This document shows positions 27,448-41,138 of a stretch of 64,000 nucleotides of DNA, one piece after another. Each line of letters opens with the position of its first letter. Position 1 is the first letter of the stretch. Made by a program: the position numbers and the translations under genes. Source of the stretch: Octopus vulgaris (taxonomy: Eukaryota); NCBI GenBank assembly GCA_951406725.2, contig OX597831.1, positions 37,138,001-37,202,000 on the forward strand. Direction: 5' to 3'. Below the pieces are notes generated by a model. It made no database searches. It worked only from the letters and a program-made list of their open reading frames with translations, and was not told the origin of the DNA.

Positions 27448-28611
27448 AAACGTGCCACTGGCATATTTGAACTGCTCGTAGCATCGCATTTAAAGGGTAG
27501 AATTAAATGCTGAATTCTAATGGTCTTATGTTTCACGAAGCCCTTCATTAGAAAATTACATGTCCAAACTTATATTTCAATATGTGCTTTGTTCCACTGA
27601 TTTCCTATTTTGGCACCGGACCAGCAAGTTCAGAGAAGGGGGCTTGTCGCTTACATCAGCCCCAGTACTCAACTGGTACTTATTTTATAGACCTGAAAAG
27701 ATGAAATTTGAAATCAATCTCGGCGGAATTTGAATTCAGAACATAAAGACGGAAGAAATACCGCTAAGTGCTTTGCCCAGCGTGCTCGTCGTCTTTGTGC
27801 TATTATATATTAGAAATGAAAAGCCTTTTCTATTTTACTCTTGATTACTTTATTAACAAAGAAGTACTCCATCATGGCTGTAGTTCTGACATTTTAAACA
27901 AAATTAAGAACTATGTAACACGCCCGGATAGCCTAGACTAAGGACGAAAGGCTCCCAAATTATGACCATCGCATTGAACTTTCAAGTAAGACAGAGCTAA
28001 AGTGACTCTAATATTTCCGCCATTTATTATATACTTCAGATAGAAACTCGTATGTTGTTTCTGATAAGATCGAGCGACTATGTAGAAGCACCTTTAGAGT
28101 GTTTCGAATAATTTGTCGCTCGTACTCAAGAAATCATTCAGATCCCAAAATGGAGGCTTCGTTTAATTTTCACACAGTCTATCTATGAAAAGTCAGGTTA
28201 TTCTGTACTGAATGTGTTGGTTCTTTTTATTCGAAGGTTAAACATGAGCAATGGACTAAACACAAGATGACAGATATATCTGGAAACATTGGCTTGTATT
28301 TCGTTACTCTATTGACCTAGAGAACTGAAGTTTCATAAATCGAATGTTCGATTTCTATGGTGTAACTAATGAGAGGTATATAATGTTTATTTGTACAAAT
28401 ATAGCTTATTGATTTTGTTAACTTTCTACACCTCTTAAGTGTGTATAGAAATACGAATATTAGCATAAATCTTATATTTCATTTAACATAACTGAATTTT
28501 GAATAAATACATATTAATCATAGCGACAATAATAATGATGATGATGATGATGACAATAATAGTAATAATAACAAAGACAACAGCAAAACTACTACTACTA
28601 CCACTACAACT

Positions 28612-28676
<65 letters not shown>

Positions 28677-28678
<2 letters not shown>

Positions 28679-29900
28679 GCCCTGATGCAGTACCAGGCAG
28701 TGGCTCTCATGGCTTCTGATCTTAACTGATTGGAAGTGTTATCATGTACATTGTTTTGTCTTGGTATAAAAGATGGGCTACAGCAAATATTCTGCTCAAT
28801 ACCACAGATTTGCTTGTCAGTTGTTTGACCTTAACCAGTTGAGCATGTCCCTTAGTGGCTGACGATATGTGCATCTCTGATCATGAGCAGAAGTAGTGGG
28901 GGAGCATCATAGCCATGTGTTGAGAGGTATTCTTTGGGGTTTGAATAGTTCACCTCTGGAAACATAGGTGGTTCTTTCAACATCCTTAAACAACCCTTAT
29001 TCAGGGACCGTTTGAGCGGGATGGGCTACTCAACCTGAAGGAAATTCTAACTGGGCCCCACCTGCAAGGTCATGTGCTGTTTATCTTGATATGAGATCAC
29101 CATGTCGCGCACATATGGTTGCGATGCATGTGCCTGGTGTAACTTTATCAGACGGGTAGTCATGATGGGTATATTGGGCTTCGTATATTTTACCCCAGTG
29201 TCACTTTGATGGCATGAACTGCTCTCTCACTCAATAATAATAATAATAATAATAGATATGATGATGATGATGACGATGATGATGATGATGATGGTGATGA
29301 TGATGTGGTGATGGTGGTGGTGGTGATGATGAAGATGATGATGTTGATGCTGAAGATGGTGGTGGTGGTGATGATGATGGTAACGTCCTGATGCAATATC
29401 AGGCACTGGCTCTCATGACATCTGATCATAAATGATTGGAAGTGTTATCATGTACGTTTTGCCTTGTTATAAGAGATGGGCTACAGCAAATATTCTGCTC
29501 ATTACCTCAAATTCACTTGTCATTTGTTTGACCTTAACCAGTTGAACATGTTCCTTGCTGGCTGACAATATGTGAATCTCTGATCCCAAGCAGAGGTAGT
29601 TGGGGAGCATCATAGTCACAAGAGGAAGTATTTGCGTTTAAATAATTCACCTCTGAAAACAAGGGTTTCTTCGTTCAAAATCCTTAAACAACTCTGATTT
29701 AGGGACCTTTTGAATGGGACGGGCTACTCGTTCTGAAGAAGATTCTAACTGGGCCCCACCTGCAAGTCCATGCGCTGTTTATCTTGACATGGAGTCACCA
29801 TGTCATGCACAGATGGTTGTGACGCATGTGCCTGAAATACCGTTATCAGATGGGTATTCATGATGGGTATATTGGGGTTCGTACGTTTGTACTCCAGAGT
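28677..29900. repeat. Two tandem copies of a ~550-bp non-coding element in (AAT)n/(GAT)n
   Basis: 28677-29232 and 29383-29900 align throughout (cctgatgca..ggctctcatg, gatgggctacagcaaatattctgctc, ctgggccccacctgcaag). Confidence 0.85.
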
Positions 29901-29914
29901 AATTTAATAATAGT

Positions 29915-30131
29915 GGTTTCTAATTTTTCCACAAGGGCAACAATTTTGGAGAAGGGAATGAGTTGATTATATCGACCCCAGTGCATAGATGGTACTTATT
30001 TTATCAACTCTGAAAGGATGAAAAGCAAAGTCGACCTGTGGTAAATTTGAACTCAGAAGGTAATGACTGACGAATTACCACTAAGCATTTCGTCCAGCGC
30101 ACTAACGATTCAGCCAGTTTGCCGCCATGTC

Positions 30132-30196
<65 letters not shown>

Positions 30197-30390
30197 TGAT
30201 GATAATGGCAATCCTTTCTACTGAAGGCACAAGACCTCAAGTTTGTGGGCAGGGGATTAGTCGATTACATCGATTCCAGTGATACACTGGTTCTCAATTC
30301 ATCGACCCCGACAGGATGAAGGCAAATTTGACCTCTATGGAATTTGATCTCAGGTTGTATCGACGGGCGAAATACTGCTAAGTATTGTGT
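29915..30390 (-). mobile_element. Two SINE family B copies separated by (AAT)n
   Basis: gaaaggatgaaaagcaaagtcgacc...tttgaactcagaa-like modules at about 30010 and 30310. Confidence 0.75.
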
Positions 30391-30574
30391 AATTCTCGAA
30401 GTTTAGGGTTGCACACATACAGACACAGACAGACAGACAGACAGACAGACAGAAAGACACATTCTCAGTTTTTTATATATAGATAGCAGAAATTTACAGA
30501 AAAGCAAATGCCGAAGACTGTTGTATGAACAACAATTAGGTGTATTAGTTTGACGCTCGGGAAATTGAGAAGGT

Positions 30575-30610
30575 CTTTCACGTTTCGAGTCCACGCTCTT
30601 CAACAGAAAG
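30575..30610 (-). ncRNA. Degenerate minimal HHR in a PLE-type end (about 30485-30780)
   Basis: cttt CTG(T)TGA a gag cgtgga ctc GAAA c GT(G) aaag; A6 and the cleavage nucleotide are mutated. Confidence 0.5.
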
Positions 30611-31833
30611 GAATAAGAGAAAATAAACAGAGAGAGAATAAAAAGAACTTGTGGATTTAGCAATCAAGCATGGCAGCTGGTTTAGAAAAAAACGGGCTGA
30701 CAGGAGAGATAGAAAGAAGGGGAGATAATAAAATATTGGTGATCCGAAAACCAAGGTGCGCTTCCGTGAGCGTATGTAAGAATGTGTAAATATCTGTGGA
30801 TGTGTAGGGGCTAGTGATTTTGACGAGTGTGTATATTTTCGTAAGTGTGTGCGTGTCTTAAAGTGTGGGTATGTGGATGATAGTGTTTGGGTGTGTAGAT
30901 GATGGTGTGTGGTGTGGTGTGGTACTGTGGAGTTGTGGGTATGTGTGATTGGGATATGAGGTGGGGATGTGGATACATACATCTATGTATATATATTTAT
31001 ATATATATATATACATATACATCCGTATATATAGAGAGAAATTGACATATGTATATATAGATGTGTGTGTGTGTGTCTGTTTGTATGTATATGTATAATT
31101 ACGGTTCTGAACTGGATTCAATATAACACAGTGTTCCAGCTGTGACAATCCTGAATTTCTGTTTAACAAAAAATACATATTCGAATGCATTCCTTCTCCA
31201 TTGGTAATCACGGTGTCATTCTGAGGGAATGCAGCTGCTATTTACTGAAGCTAAAAATGTTTAAAAGGGACGTAATCATTGCATCGTAAAAGCTCTTACC
31301 AGTTCATGCTTCTCCGTGACATGTTGATACGAAACAGATAAATTAGATAATGGTTTGTTTTAAACATTATTTCTGTGATCTGGTACGTCTTCTTCAGAAT
31401 TAAATGAAATGTATACCTAATACGAAATTAAACTTCTGCTTTGAAATTGAACTAAAATCCCTCGCTGCAGAAGTTTCTGCTTATGTCTTGTCCGTTATTT
31501 TGTTTCCAACATTTATTGCATAGAGAGATATCGAGGAGGCCTAATTTGTCTTCTTTAAAACACCGCAGTCGCAAACCTCTCAACGTGATTGATGTAATAA
31601 AGAGAGTTATTGTCAGAAAGACGCAAGAATCTTTCTAACTTATCCGCTAAGTAGAAGTAAGCCAAGAATCTAAGTGTAACATACACAGACACACACGCAA
31701 ACACACTCATACACATGTATGTACATATGTATGTAAGAATATATACATGAATATATATATATATATATATGCATGTATATATATATATGTATATATGTAC
31801 ATTATATACATGCATAATATAGGTATATATGTG

Positions 31834-31864
<31 letters not shown>

Positions 31865-31890
31865 TATATCTATCTATGTATATAAATATA

Positions 31891-31945
<55 letters not shown>

Positions 31946-31966
31946 ATATATATATTATATATTATA

Positions 31967-31997
<31 letters not shown>

Positions 31998-32048
31998 TAT
32001 ATATTATATATATATTATATATTATATATTTTATATATATATATATAT

Positions 32049-32111
<63 letters not shown>

Positions 32112-32517
32112 TATGCATATAGGGAAACAGGTTAATTGCACTAAAGATGGCGCCGCTGCGACAACTTCTTTTGAGAGTAAATAGGTTTACGTCTGCTTTA
32201 ACAGTAGAATTTTATTAATGAGATTAGTAATTTGAAGAAATCGCGCGCGTGCACACACACGTGGACACACACACTCACACACACACACACGAACACACAC
32301 GCGCACACATACACACACACACACACAGACACGAAAGTGCACTCGCACACACATTGTAATTAATACAACCTCATCAAAATAACGATGATGTATCTATGCA
32401 GAAACACATACACACTGGTTAGCCAATATACACAGAGATGTATATATGTATCTATGCATGTATTTATACAGGTATGTATGAATATGATTTATAAATATAT
32501 ATATGTATATATATATA

Positions 32518-32725
32518 GGTTCAGCAAAAGTTAGATTTAGATGTATATGGTACTTAAGTTAAAGGTACCAGAATTTGGTATGGTATTATCCATATAATCA
32601 AATGGAGTGATTATAATCAAAATAAGCAACAAGGATATCCAAGGTAGGTAGTACAATCGTTTCATGTTACTTCATATTACATCAGTTTTAAAATGTCGAC
32701 CAATCTTCAGCCACATATAGCATTT
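32518..32725 (-). mobile_element. PLE-type end with HHR motif (same family as 25342-25590)
   Basis: Minus strand 32714-32648: gtgg CTGAAGA ttg...cat GAAA cgattg TA ctac; shares aaataagcaacaaggatat with the 25.4 kb copy. Confidence 0.6.
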
Positions 32726-32811
32726 TTTAATTTAACGGACAATGCACATTTTAATACTTAAATGTATGTATATATACATACATGCATATGTATACACACA
32801 GAGACACACGC

Positions 32812-32857
<46 letters not shown>

Positions 32858-33149
32858 TATCACACTGATTTGGTTCTTTGTTACCACTATATCCCAATGT
32901 CGTTTGTTCAATCCTTCTGTTTTAAAGTTTTCCGGGTTCATAGGATTATGCTCAAGGTGGTTTCGTCATTCATACGTGCCATCCTTGCTACATTTACCCA
33001 TATTTTTTTAAACATTCGCTGGACAAAACTTGCCTCTCTACTCTCACTTTCCTTTTCAAGTGATACTTGAAGAAGTTGATGAGAGATTGACTAGAGAGGA
33101 AAGTGTTTGCCTCTAATCCTTTCAGACGCGTCCACCAGATACTCTGACA

Positions 33150-34400
33150 GATTTCCTGTCAATACCTATTTGTACAGCGTCTGGCAGTCAGTTGGGTTTT
33201 ACTTCTTGCCTTTCTGAATTCTTCGAGTGCCTTTGTAGAAACATCACGCTCGTATTGTATCAGACCTGCGCGCTTTGCTTCGATAATTGGTTCCAAATCA
33301 CACAGCCCAGCACTGAACCAATTTGAGTTTTGGCTTTCACTCCTGCCGAAAGTATCTATTGATGTGGTATACTAAGGTTGCCGGATATAATTCCACCTAC
33401 TTTCAGCAGAGGAGTATGGACAGCTACTTTCGTTGGTTGGTATGTTTCTAGAACTGGTCCTTGGTCTCTTCTGAGCTGTAGAGGGTGGGAGTATAGATGT
33501 TCAGTAGATGTTCTGGGCCAGAAGAGCTTAAGAAGGGCAGAGAGAAGGTACGCTCAGTGCCTCCTGATGGTGGTTCTATTGAGGACAGTAATGATTTTCT
33601 CACTGCAAAGCCAACACCATGCTGACGAGATTCCTCTGGATCTCTTCCCTGCCAAAAGAAGGTGAAGTCCTGCTCTTTGAGTTTGCCGTCCGAGGGGAGA
33701 CTTGTCTCCTGCAGTCCAGCAATGTCTATGTTGAGCCTCTTTGGTTCGCGGTCGTTAATGGCCGTCTTTCTTGTGTCTTCAACCCAGAGTAGGTCATCAG
33801 ATTTCTCAGGGCACATGCTCCTGACGTTCCAGCTTGCTAATCGCAGGACTCGTGGTTTCTTATCTTTTGATTGTTTGTCTGGTACAGAGGTTGCAGACCG
33901 CTTTTCTATTCAAAACCTTAGTTCCAAGCACCCAATGAAGCAGGTGGCCTGTAGCGGGTCAGTACCTTATTAACCGGGGTCTGCCCAGTGGTAACCCGTA
34001 GCGCCTGTATCCTACACCAATCAGAATGGGCTTATCACTCGTAACTGCTACCTCCCATGTTTTTTCTGCAACTTTTTGCAGCAGCACTGAAGTGTCCTCT
34101 CCAGTTTTGCGCAGGCCTGAGCTAGATATAAGAACATCCTGGGTAGCCCAATCATCAGGATTCCTCCCTCGACGTTGCTGATGTAGTCCAAAGGAGTGCA
34201 GAACATTACGTTGGGCACCAGCTTGGTTGCAGGAGCTGCCGGAAGTGTCGAGTCGAACACTAAATCGTCTACGGGGCTCCACTCCGGATTTCCATGATGT
34301 TTGTCTCCTTTCCGTAACCCTGGATAGGGCCCCATGACGGGTACTATCGACCGGAGCCAGTTGAGCCCGGGACTCGTGTCAGGCATGGTCGTCACTCACT
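33150..34400 (-). mobile_element. 5' part of an RTE-clade LINE (5' UTR, APE endonuclease, linker), internally deleted
   Basis: LASWNVR...IDIAGLQET...FFWQG...HGVGFAVR...NIYTPTL...KDQF (33448-33850); then WNYIR...FG...NWF...IEAKR...ARSKTQLTARRC. Confidence 0.9.
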
Positions 34401-34431
34401 GAAGTAGTGAAGAAAATTGCTACCCATTGCC

Positions 34432-34584
34432 ATATAATTATAGTAAGGGCACTAATGAGTAGCGCTACATACAAGAAATAGACGCCAAGTGGCTCAATGT
34501 GGTAAATAATAGAGTTCTTAGAGCCATTTGGCATCTATTTCTTGTATGTGACGCTACTTATTAGAGCCCTTACTATAATCATAT
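34432..34584. mobile_element. Small hairpin MITE
   Basis: ~64-bp imperfect inverted arms 34432-34495 and 34521-34584 with a 25-bp spacer. Confidence 0.75.
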
Positions 34585-35119
34585 TTATATAATTATATAT
34601 TTTGGACTGTTGTTACCTATAAAGTGTCAACAGGACTAAAATAAGTGTTGTTTGGGAACAAATAAACCAAAGAAATCGCGACTTTCAAACACATTTACCC
34701 AATGCACAACCGCACCAATAAATAAACTCCATAAGAAAATTACAACCACTCAAAAATACATAACTAAACTCTATTATGTCATAAAAAATTATAATCCCTA
34801 CCGTCTTCCATAGTGTAATACAAAAGTAAAGCAGATATCAAAACGTACGTTTCGGGGGTTGTCCAGAAACTATATCATCAAAAGTCACCCTTCCTTTCTG
34901 GAAGACGGTACAATGTTTCTCAGTGATTTTACCTCCTATTTCTAGTGAGTTACACAAACACATTATGGCTCCATTGTAGCCTGTCGTGTAACAGTTAGAA
35001 AAATAATTGATTATCACGAACGACAGGAAACACTGTTTATGAATCGTCTTGCTCTGCTTTGTCATATATCAACCCGCAGGAATGGCTGTTTAAAATGAGG
35101 TGAGAAGTGTGTGTGTGTT

Positions 35120-35168
<49 letters not shown>

Positions 35169-35234
35169 GTATGTATATATATATATGTATGTATATATAT
35201 ATATATGTATATATATATTTACGTATATATATAC

Positions 35235-35275
<41 letters not shown>

Positions 35276-36100
35276 CATATGTTTGTGTATACCCGTGTAT
35301 GTACATACACATATTCGTAGATACATATATATTCATATATAGATATATATATATATAGATATGTGTGTGTTTGAGTGTGTACATGTACGTGTGTGTGTGT
35401 GTGTGTGTGTGTGTTTGTGTTTGTGTGTGTGCGTTTATAAAATTCACTGATTAATTCGAACCAAATCACCTGCGATAAATTAGTTTTGAAATTCTGCTGA
35501 CAGGTACTTTAATTGGATCGTTATTTGTTTCATATTCCTTTTCTTCGTAGTTTCTGGATATTTCTTCCACACACACACACACACACACACGCACACACAC
35601 ACTTACGCTCACGCACACAAACACTCACTGTACCCACACCCACACCCACACACAAACTTTATATTCTTGTCTCTATTTCTTTCTAAATTTCTATCTATTT
35701 CCTGATCTATACATGCTCCTTTCACTATTTCTACCCTTCTACTTTTCTTCCTGTCTCTCCTTCTCTCTCCTTCATTTAATTTCTCTCTTTCACCACTTCT
35801 TCTCTCACTTCTTTCTTTTATTCACTTTTCCATTCTTACAACTTTCAAACATTCGCTTTAATCCTTTTGTTTCAATTTTCTCATTCTTTCTCTCTTCTAT
35901 CAATTCTTTCTTTCCTTCTTCCTTTCTTCTTTCTTCTCGTGCTTCTTTCTTTTTTTGTTTCGTTCTTTCTTTCCTCCTTTAATTTGTTTTTGTCTTTTAT
36001 TTTGAAGTCTCCTCCTCTCTGCATCCGACTCCTCACAATTTTTTATCTATACAAGTCTTAGTATGAAACTCTGTATCCACTGCAGTGTAGGCGTATATAA

Positions 36101-36157
<57 letters not shown>

Positions 36158-36346
36158 CTATATATATATATATATATATATGTATCTATATATATATATA
36201 CATACATATGTATATATATTTATATACATATATATATACACATATATGTATATTTAGATAGATGGATAGACAGAGGGAGAGAGAGATGCATATGTATTTA
36301 CATGCATATATTCACACATTCATTCGTACTTATATGTACACAAGCA

Positions 36347-36397
<51 letters not shown>

Positions 36398-37494
36398 GTG
36401 TATATATATATACATGGAAATACTTGAATATAACTTGCTTTCCATTGCTTTCCATTACTGTGTAGGCGCGTATCTGTTTGTGTAAATCCACACACACACA
36501 CATATGAAGAATCTTCTATTTGGTGTATGTTCATTTGATACATATACCCATATACGCGTTCACATACATATATTAATATACATACATACACACAGATATA
36601 TGTATACACACGTATGCATGTGTGAGTGTGTGTGTGTGCGTGTGTGTGTGTGTGTGTTTGCGTGTATGCCTATGGGCATGAATACATGTGTTTAAATACA
36701 CACATGATCTCATGATCAGATGCCTGTAGATATATAAGAACACATTCATAAAGAAATGCATACCTACGCATACACACACATAAATCCAGACATACATACA
36801 TACACACATACATTACATCTATTTCAACAGTCAATCGCCGTAAGAGAAAGAATGCTGACAACAAAAAAAAATGAGGAACAAAAAGAGCAACAAAAACAAA
36901 GAGAACACAAAAAAAAAAAAACGTATCTAACCATAATTTCCAGATTGCTGAAAGGTAGAGAGAATGATAAAGAATGAGAAAAGGAAAGAAAAATATAAGA
37001 AAAACAATCCAAACATTATTAATCTTGAAACACAAATGATTTCTTCTACAATCCTTTCAAATTAGTCTACCTGGAACTGATTTTTCACAAAGAAACTGAT
37101 TTCTCCAAGACTGCAAAATTTTGATTTTCTTCTTAGTCCTCAATCCCATCTACCGTTCCTTTCTTTAACTTCAGCTGTTTATGAGAGGAAATTGTTGTTT
37201 TTACCCGGTTTTATTTTTTTTTGTTTTTTTTTTGTTTTCCATCACATTACGCATTTTTTTTTTCATTACCTTACACACTTTCTTGTTGTTGCTTTTCGTT
37301 GTTTTCCTGGCGTGTTCAGTCAACGTTTCTTGGTTTTGCTAATGCCATTGTCGTTATCATCCATGTTATTGTTGTTGCTGGTGTTGTTTTTGTGTAGCTC
37401 CAGGCCAGCTGTGGTAGAACAGACTTTTGATTAATGCTGTTTTGGCTGTGAATATTTCATTTTATTTGCGTTATGCTTTTTTTCCCAACGGCGG

Positions 37495-37925
37495 ATTCTG
37501 GCAACATCGTTAGCACGGCATTTCGTCCGTCTTTAGGGTCTTAGTTCAAGTGCTATCCAGGTCAATTTTGCTTTTCATAGTTTCTTGGTTGATTAAATAT
37601 GTACCAGTGTAACAGTGGAGTCAATGTAATCAGTTTAGCCGCTCCCTGGATATTACTGGCGTTGTGCAAAAATATTTCAGTATATATATATTTTTTTTTT
37701 GTTTCCTGAAGGCAGTGAGCTAGCATTTTGTTAGCATGTCGGTCAAATTGCTGAGCGGCACTTCGTCCGTATTTATGTCCAAAGTTCAAATTCCAACAAA
37801 GTCAATTTTGCTTCTCACCCTTTCGGAGTCGATATTTTAAGTACCAGTCGTGTACTGGAGTCCATCTAATTGACTAGACCCCCCGCCACCAAAATTCCAG
37901 GCCTTGTGCCTATAGTAGAAAGGGA
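37495..37925 (+). mobile_element. Two diverged SINE family B copies
   Basis: gttcaa...gtcaattttgc...gtaccagt modules. Confidence 0.6.
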
Positions 37926-38277
37926 TATTTTTTGTTTCCTTTCCGATGCGCATTCTCAAAGATGGTTGGATGAGATTTAAAGGAAACTTGTGAATTATTT
38001 ACCAGACGAAGTGTTCTCCTCAAAAACTAACAATCTCGAGCAATCCGATTAACGACGACATTCTATCAATCACAATCCAGCCATATTTTAAACGCATGTT
38101 GACTTCCTATTTCTCTGTAAAGTATGAATATATTATCAAGACGCTTGATTACTATTTCTATCAGATCGACTTACGGCGTTCAATTTCCTTCTGTGTTTAG
38201 CAAAAGCTCTTCATTGGCTCATAAAGCAAGTTCGCTTTTGTCAGCACAAACTTAAAGATGTATATATATATATATAT

Positions 38278-38389
38278 ATGGCCTGCTCGCTTAGCCAGCG
38301 AGGTGGCGTCATTCGAAGGCTAAAACAATGCGAACGCATTGTGACCAGCGATGTGTAACAACATCTGATGGTCTGGTCGGTCACGTGAT

Positions 38390-38397
<8 letters not shown>
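38278..38397 (+). mobile_element. 3' fragment of SINE family C in (TA)n
   Basis: Closely matches about 9158-9272. Confidence 0.8.
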
Positions 38398-38433
<36 letters not shown>

Positions 38434-39653
38434 AACTCTCTCGTCGGTTTCGACCGATGACGATTACAGGTTACTGCAGTTGGTGTATTTGCAGCCGCTC
38501 TTCTCCATTGCCTTGCACCCCGAATCATCTTAATGCTGGTTGCAACAAATTTTCTTACACCATTTTAACGCAGCGATCTCCCTTTTGTTCGCTCCAAAGC
38601 AGTTCGCTCAAAGGTGCTGCGAGCTATCTTCACTGCAGAGAGGTGACATACACATATATCTATACGTATTATACACATATATCTATATTATAACGGAGAA
38701 ATCTGTTTATTAATTAGGTACGTAACAGTTACTAAAAGAAAGTAATTATTAAAGGCTTAACCGTCTGGAATATTTTTTTTAAATGCATGGTCCAAGAAAT
38801 TTCCTGTCATTTTGATTTCTGAAGCTTATTGAATATTTGAACTACATATATGTCACAAATTTAAGGATTCGTTGCAATCACTGCAGAATAGATTTAATGT
38901 TTATCGCCAGACACAATAAATATTAATTGGTTTCAGGCGAAAGTTTCCGTTTTCATTGGCAACAGTCTCCCACCTTCTCTTTCTCTCCCTCTTTCTCGAC
39001 TCTATTTTCATTAATGATAATTTAATATATACTCATTTCAACGTTTTAATTCCAAGTTTTAATTCTCTGTTTGCAAAACCCACAGTTTATTCTATATATG
39101 TAATTTCAAAATTATTTAATGAATGAATGAATGTTATTAGAGAAAATAGCTGTATAATTTCAACAATAATATCAGTTTCTGCAGTTTGTTTAATGAATTC
39201 TTTTGATAAAATGAAAGTTTTTTAATATACCGGTATAATTAAAAAAAGATTAAGAAGTGGTTTTGTTGGTATGGGTGTTTGGAACGCTATAATCCTTACA
39301 ATAATAACAATGTGATCACTGCTATTTTTTACACACTAAACGTAATTGGTTTTTTTGAAGTTTGTCTAAATTAGAGATATATTACATCTACGATAAATTA
39401 CTGAAAGATATATTTTACTAAGTATGTTAGAATTTTTATAAATTTAAGTTTTCGGGAAAATTTATTTTCTGAACTTCCTTTTGTTATTGAATATTTCAGG
39501 TTCACAAATTTAAACATTTGGTACCAGATAGTTTTTAACGAGCTTTTATTTATTTGATTTTTTAAAATTTCATGATTATTTCATTAATTGTTTGTAATGT
39601 TCTCTCACCCCACCTCTCTCGCTCTCTCTCTCTCTCAGGAGATCTTTCAGCTA

Positions 39654-39725
<72 letters not shown>

Positions 39726-39757
39726 ATATATTATATATATACATGACGTTTATATAT

Positions 39758-40815
39758 TCATTTTGCAAGATTCTCGATGTGGAATCGTGTGTTGAGACAG
39801 ATACTGTTGCATTTGGAGATGGTCATGTTGCCAGTTTAGCCAATAAAAACACACGCACTATGTATTTGGTGTTAAATTGCTTCAGCTTTATTAATTTTTT
39901 ACATTAATCTTAATCTTATTTCGGCCAGAGTTCTTTCGTCACACTTCTGTGACCTAATTAGTAGTCTTTTCCTTTCTTCTTTCTTATTTGTGTGTCTTTC
40001 CTTACTAACGATCAACCATTTTGTATTTTGTATTCCTATTACATGTGTCTTTATTTGCACATGCGTATACCCCTATGTGTGTGTCCATGTTTAGTAAGTG
40101 CGTATGTGTGGGGGGAGTGCCTGTATTATCTGTATCACCTGTTTATACACGTTCGTTTAATTTGTTTTTACTTATTTTGTTCATGTATTTATACCTTCTT
40201 ATTAATTTTTTCTTTCTTTTTCTCTTTTTTTTCTATTCTTTTATTTGTTGTATTTAATTTAATTAAATTTTGTTAACGAATATAGTTATTTAATTCTATT
40301 TGTTTATCTGCATATTATATTATGTTTTGTTCATATTGCTATCAGGGTATGGGGATCTTATTCTGTCATATGTTGTGGTGTGTTGGGGTTATGTGCTAGT
40401 GTTACATTCCAGTTTCCTATTCATTTCATTCCAGGTTCCTATTATCTTCTATTATGTGTGTATCTTCTGTAATTTGTCTAAGCGTTGCGTCTGTTCTATG
40501 TGTGGACAATTTTAACTTCTAAGTTGTTGAGTGAGCCCCCGTGTTCCTTGTGCTCCGTGCTGTTTCCCCTACGTACGTCATTGTCACATGTAATAGGAAT
40601 ACAAAATACAAAATGGCTTATTGTTAGTAAGGAAACACACACAAATAAGACAGAAGAAAGCAAAGGACCACTGATGAGGTCACAGAAGTATGACGAAAGA
40701 ACTCTAGCCGAAATACGATTAATGTAAAAAAAAAATAAAGCTGAAGCAAATTAACACTAAAAATATTGTGCGTGTGTTTTTATTGGCTAAACAGGCAACG
40801 TGACCATCCCAAAAT

Positions 40816-40825
<10 letters not shown>
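39758..40825 (-). mobile_element. 5'-truncated PLE with inverted pseudo-LTRs
   Basis: ~245-bp inverted arms 39801-40047 and 40585-40825; internal EHKEHGGSLNNLEVKIV..RTDATLRQITE...MNRKLE resembles a GIY-YIG C-terminus; HHR in each arm; (TA)n flanks. Confidence 0.75.
40665..40709 (+). ncRNA. Minimal hammerhead ribozyme with intact core
   Basis: ggacca CTGATGA g gtca cagaagta tgac GAAA g aa CTC tagcc; the other arm has a mutated core (ctaatta) but better stems. Confidence 0.6.
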
Positions 40826-40861
<36 letters not shown>

Positions 40862-41085
40862 TATCGGTCGCACCTACATAGGTTAGGTACGACCGACTGA
40901 TGATTTGTTTACGTTATATTGGAGGTGTTTTTAGAAATATAATATGTGTATATGTATGACGTGTATGGACGAATGTATGTAAGTATGTATGTATGTATGT
41001 ATGTATCTATACATGCAATATATATATATATATATATATATATACCTATGTGTGTATGCCTCTTTATGCGCGTGTGTTGTAGTAA

Positions 41086-41138
<53 letters not shown>

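Noticed and set aside
34152-34158. CUGAUGA in the RTE 5' UTR as a hammerhead
   Set aside because: No GAAA closing a stem II downstream.
38430-38470. gtcGAAAccga half-hammerhead on the minus strand
   Set aside because: No matching CUGANGA half was found.
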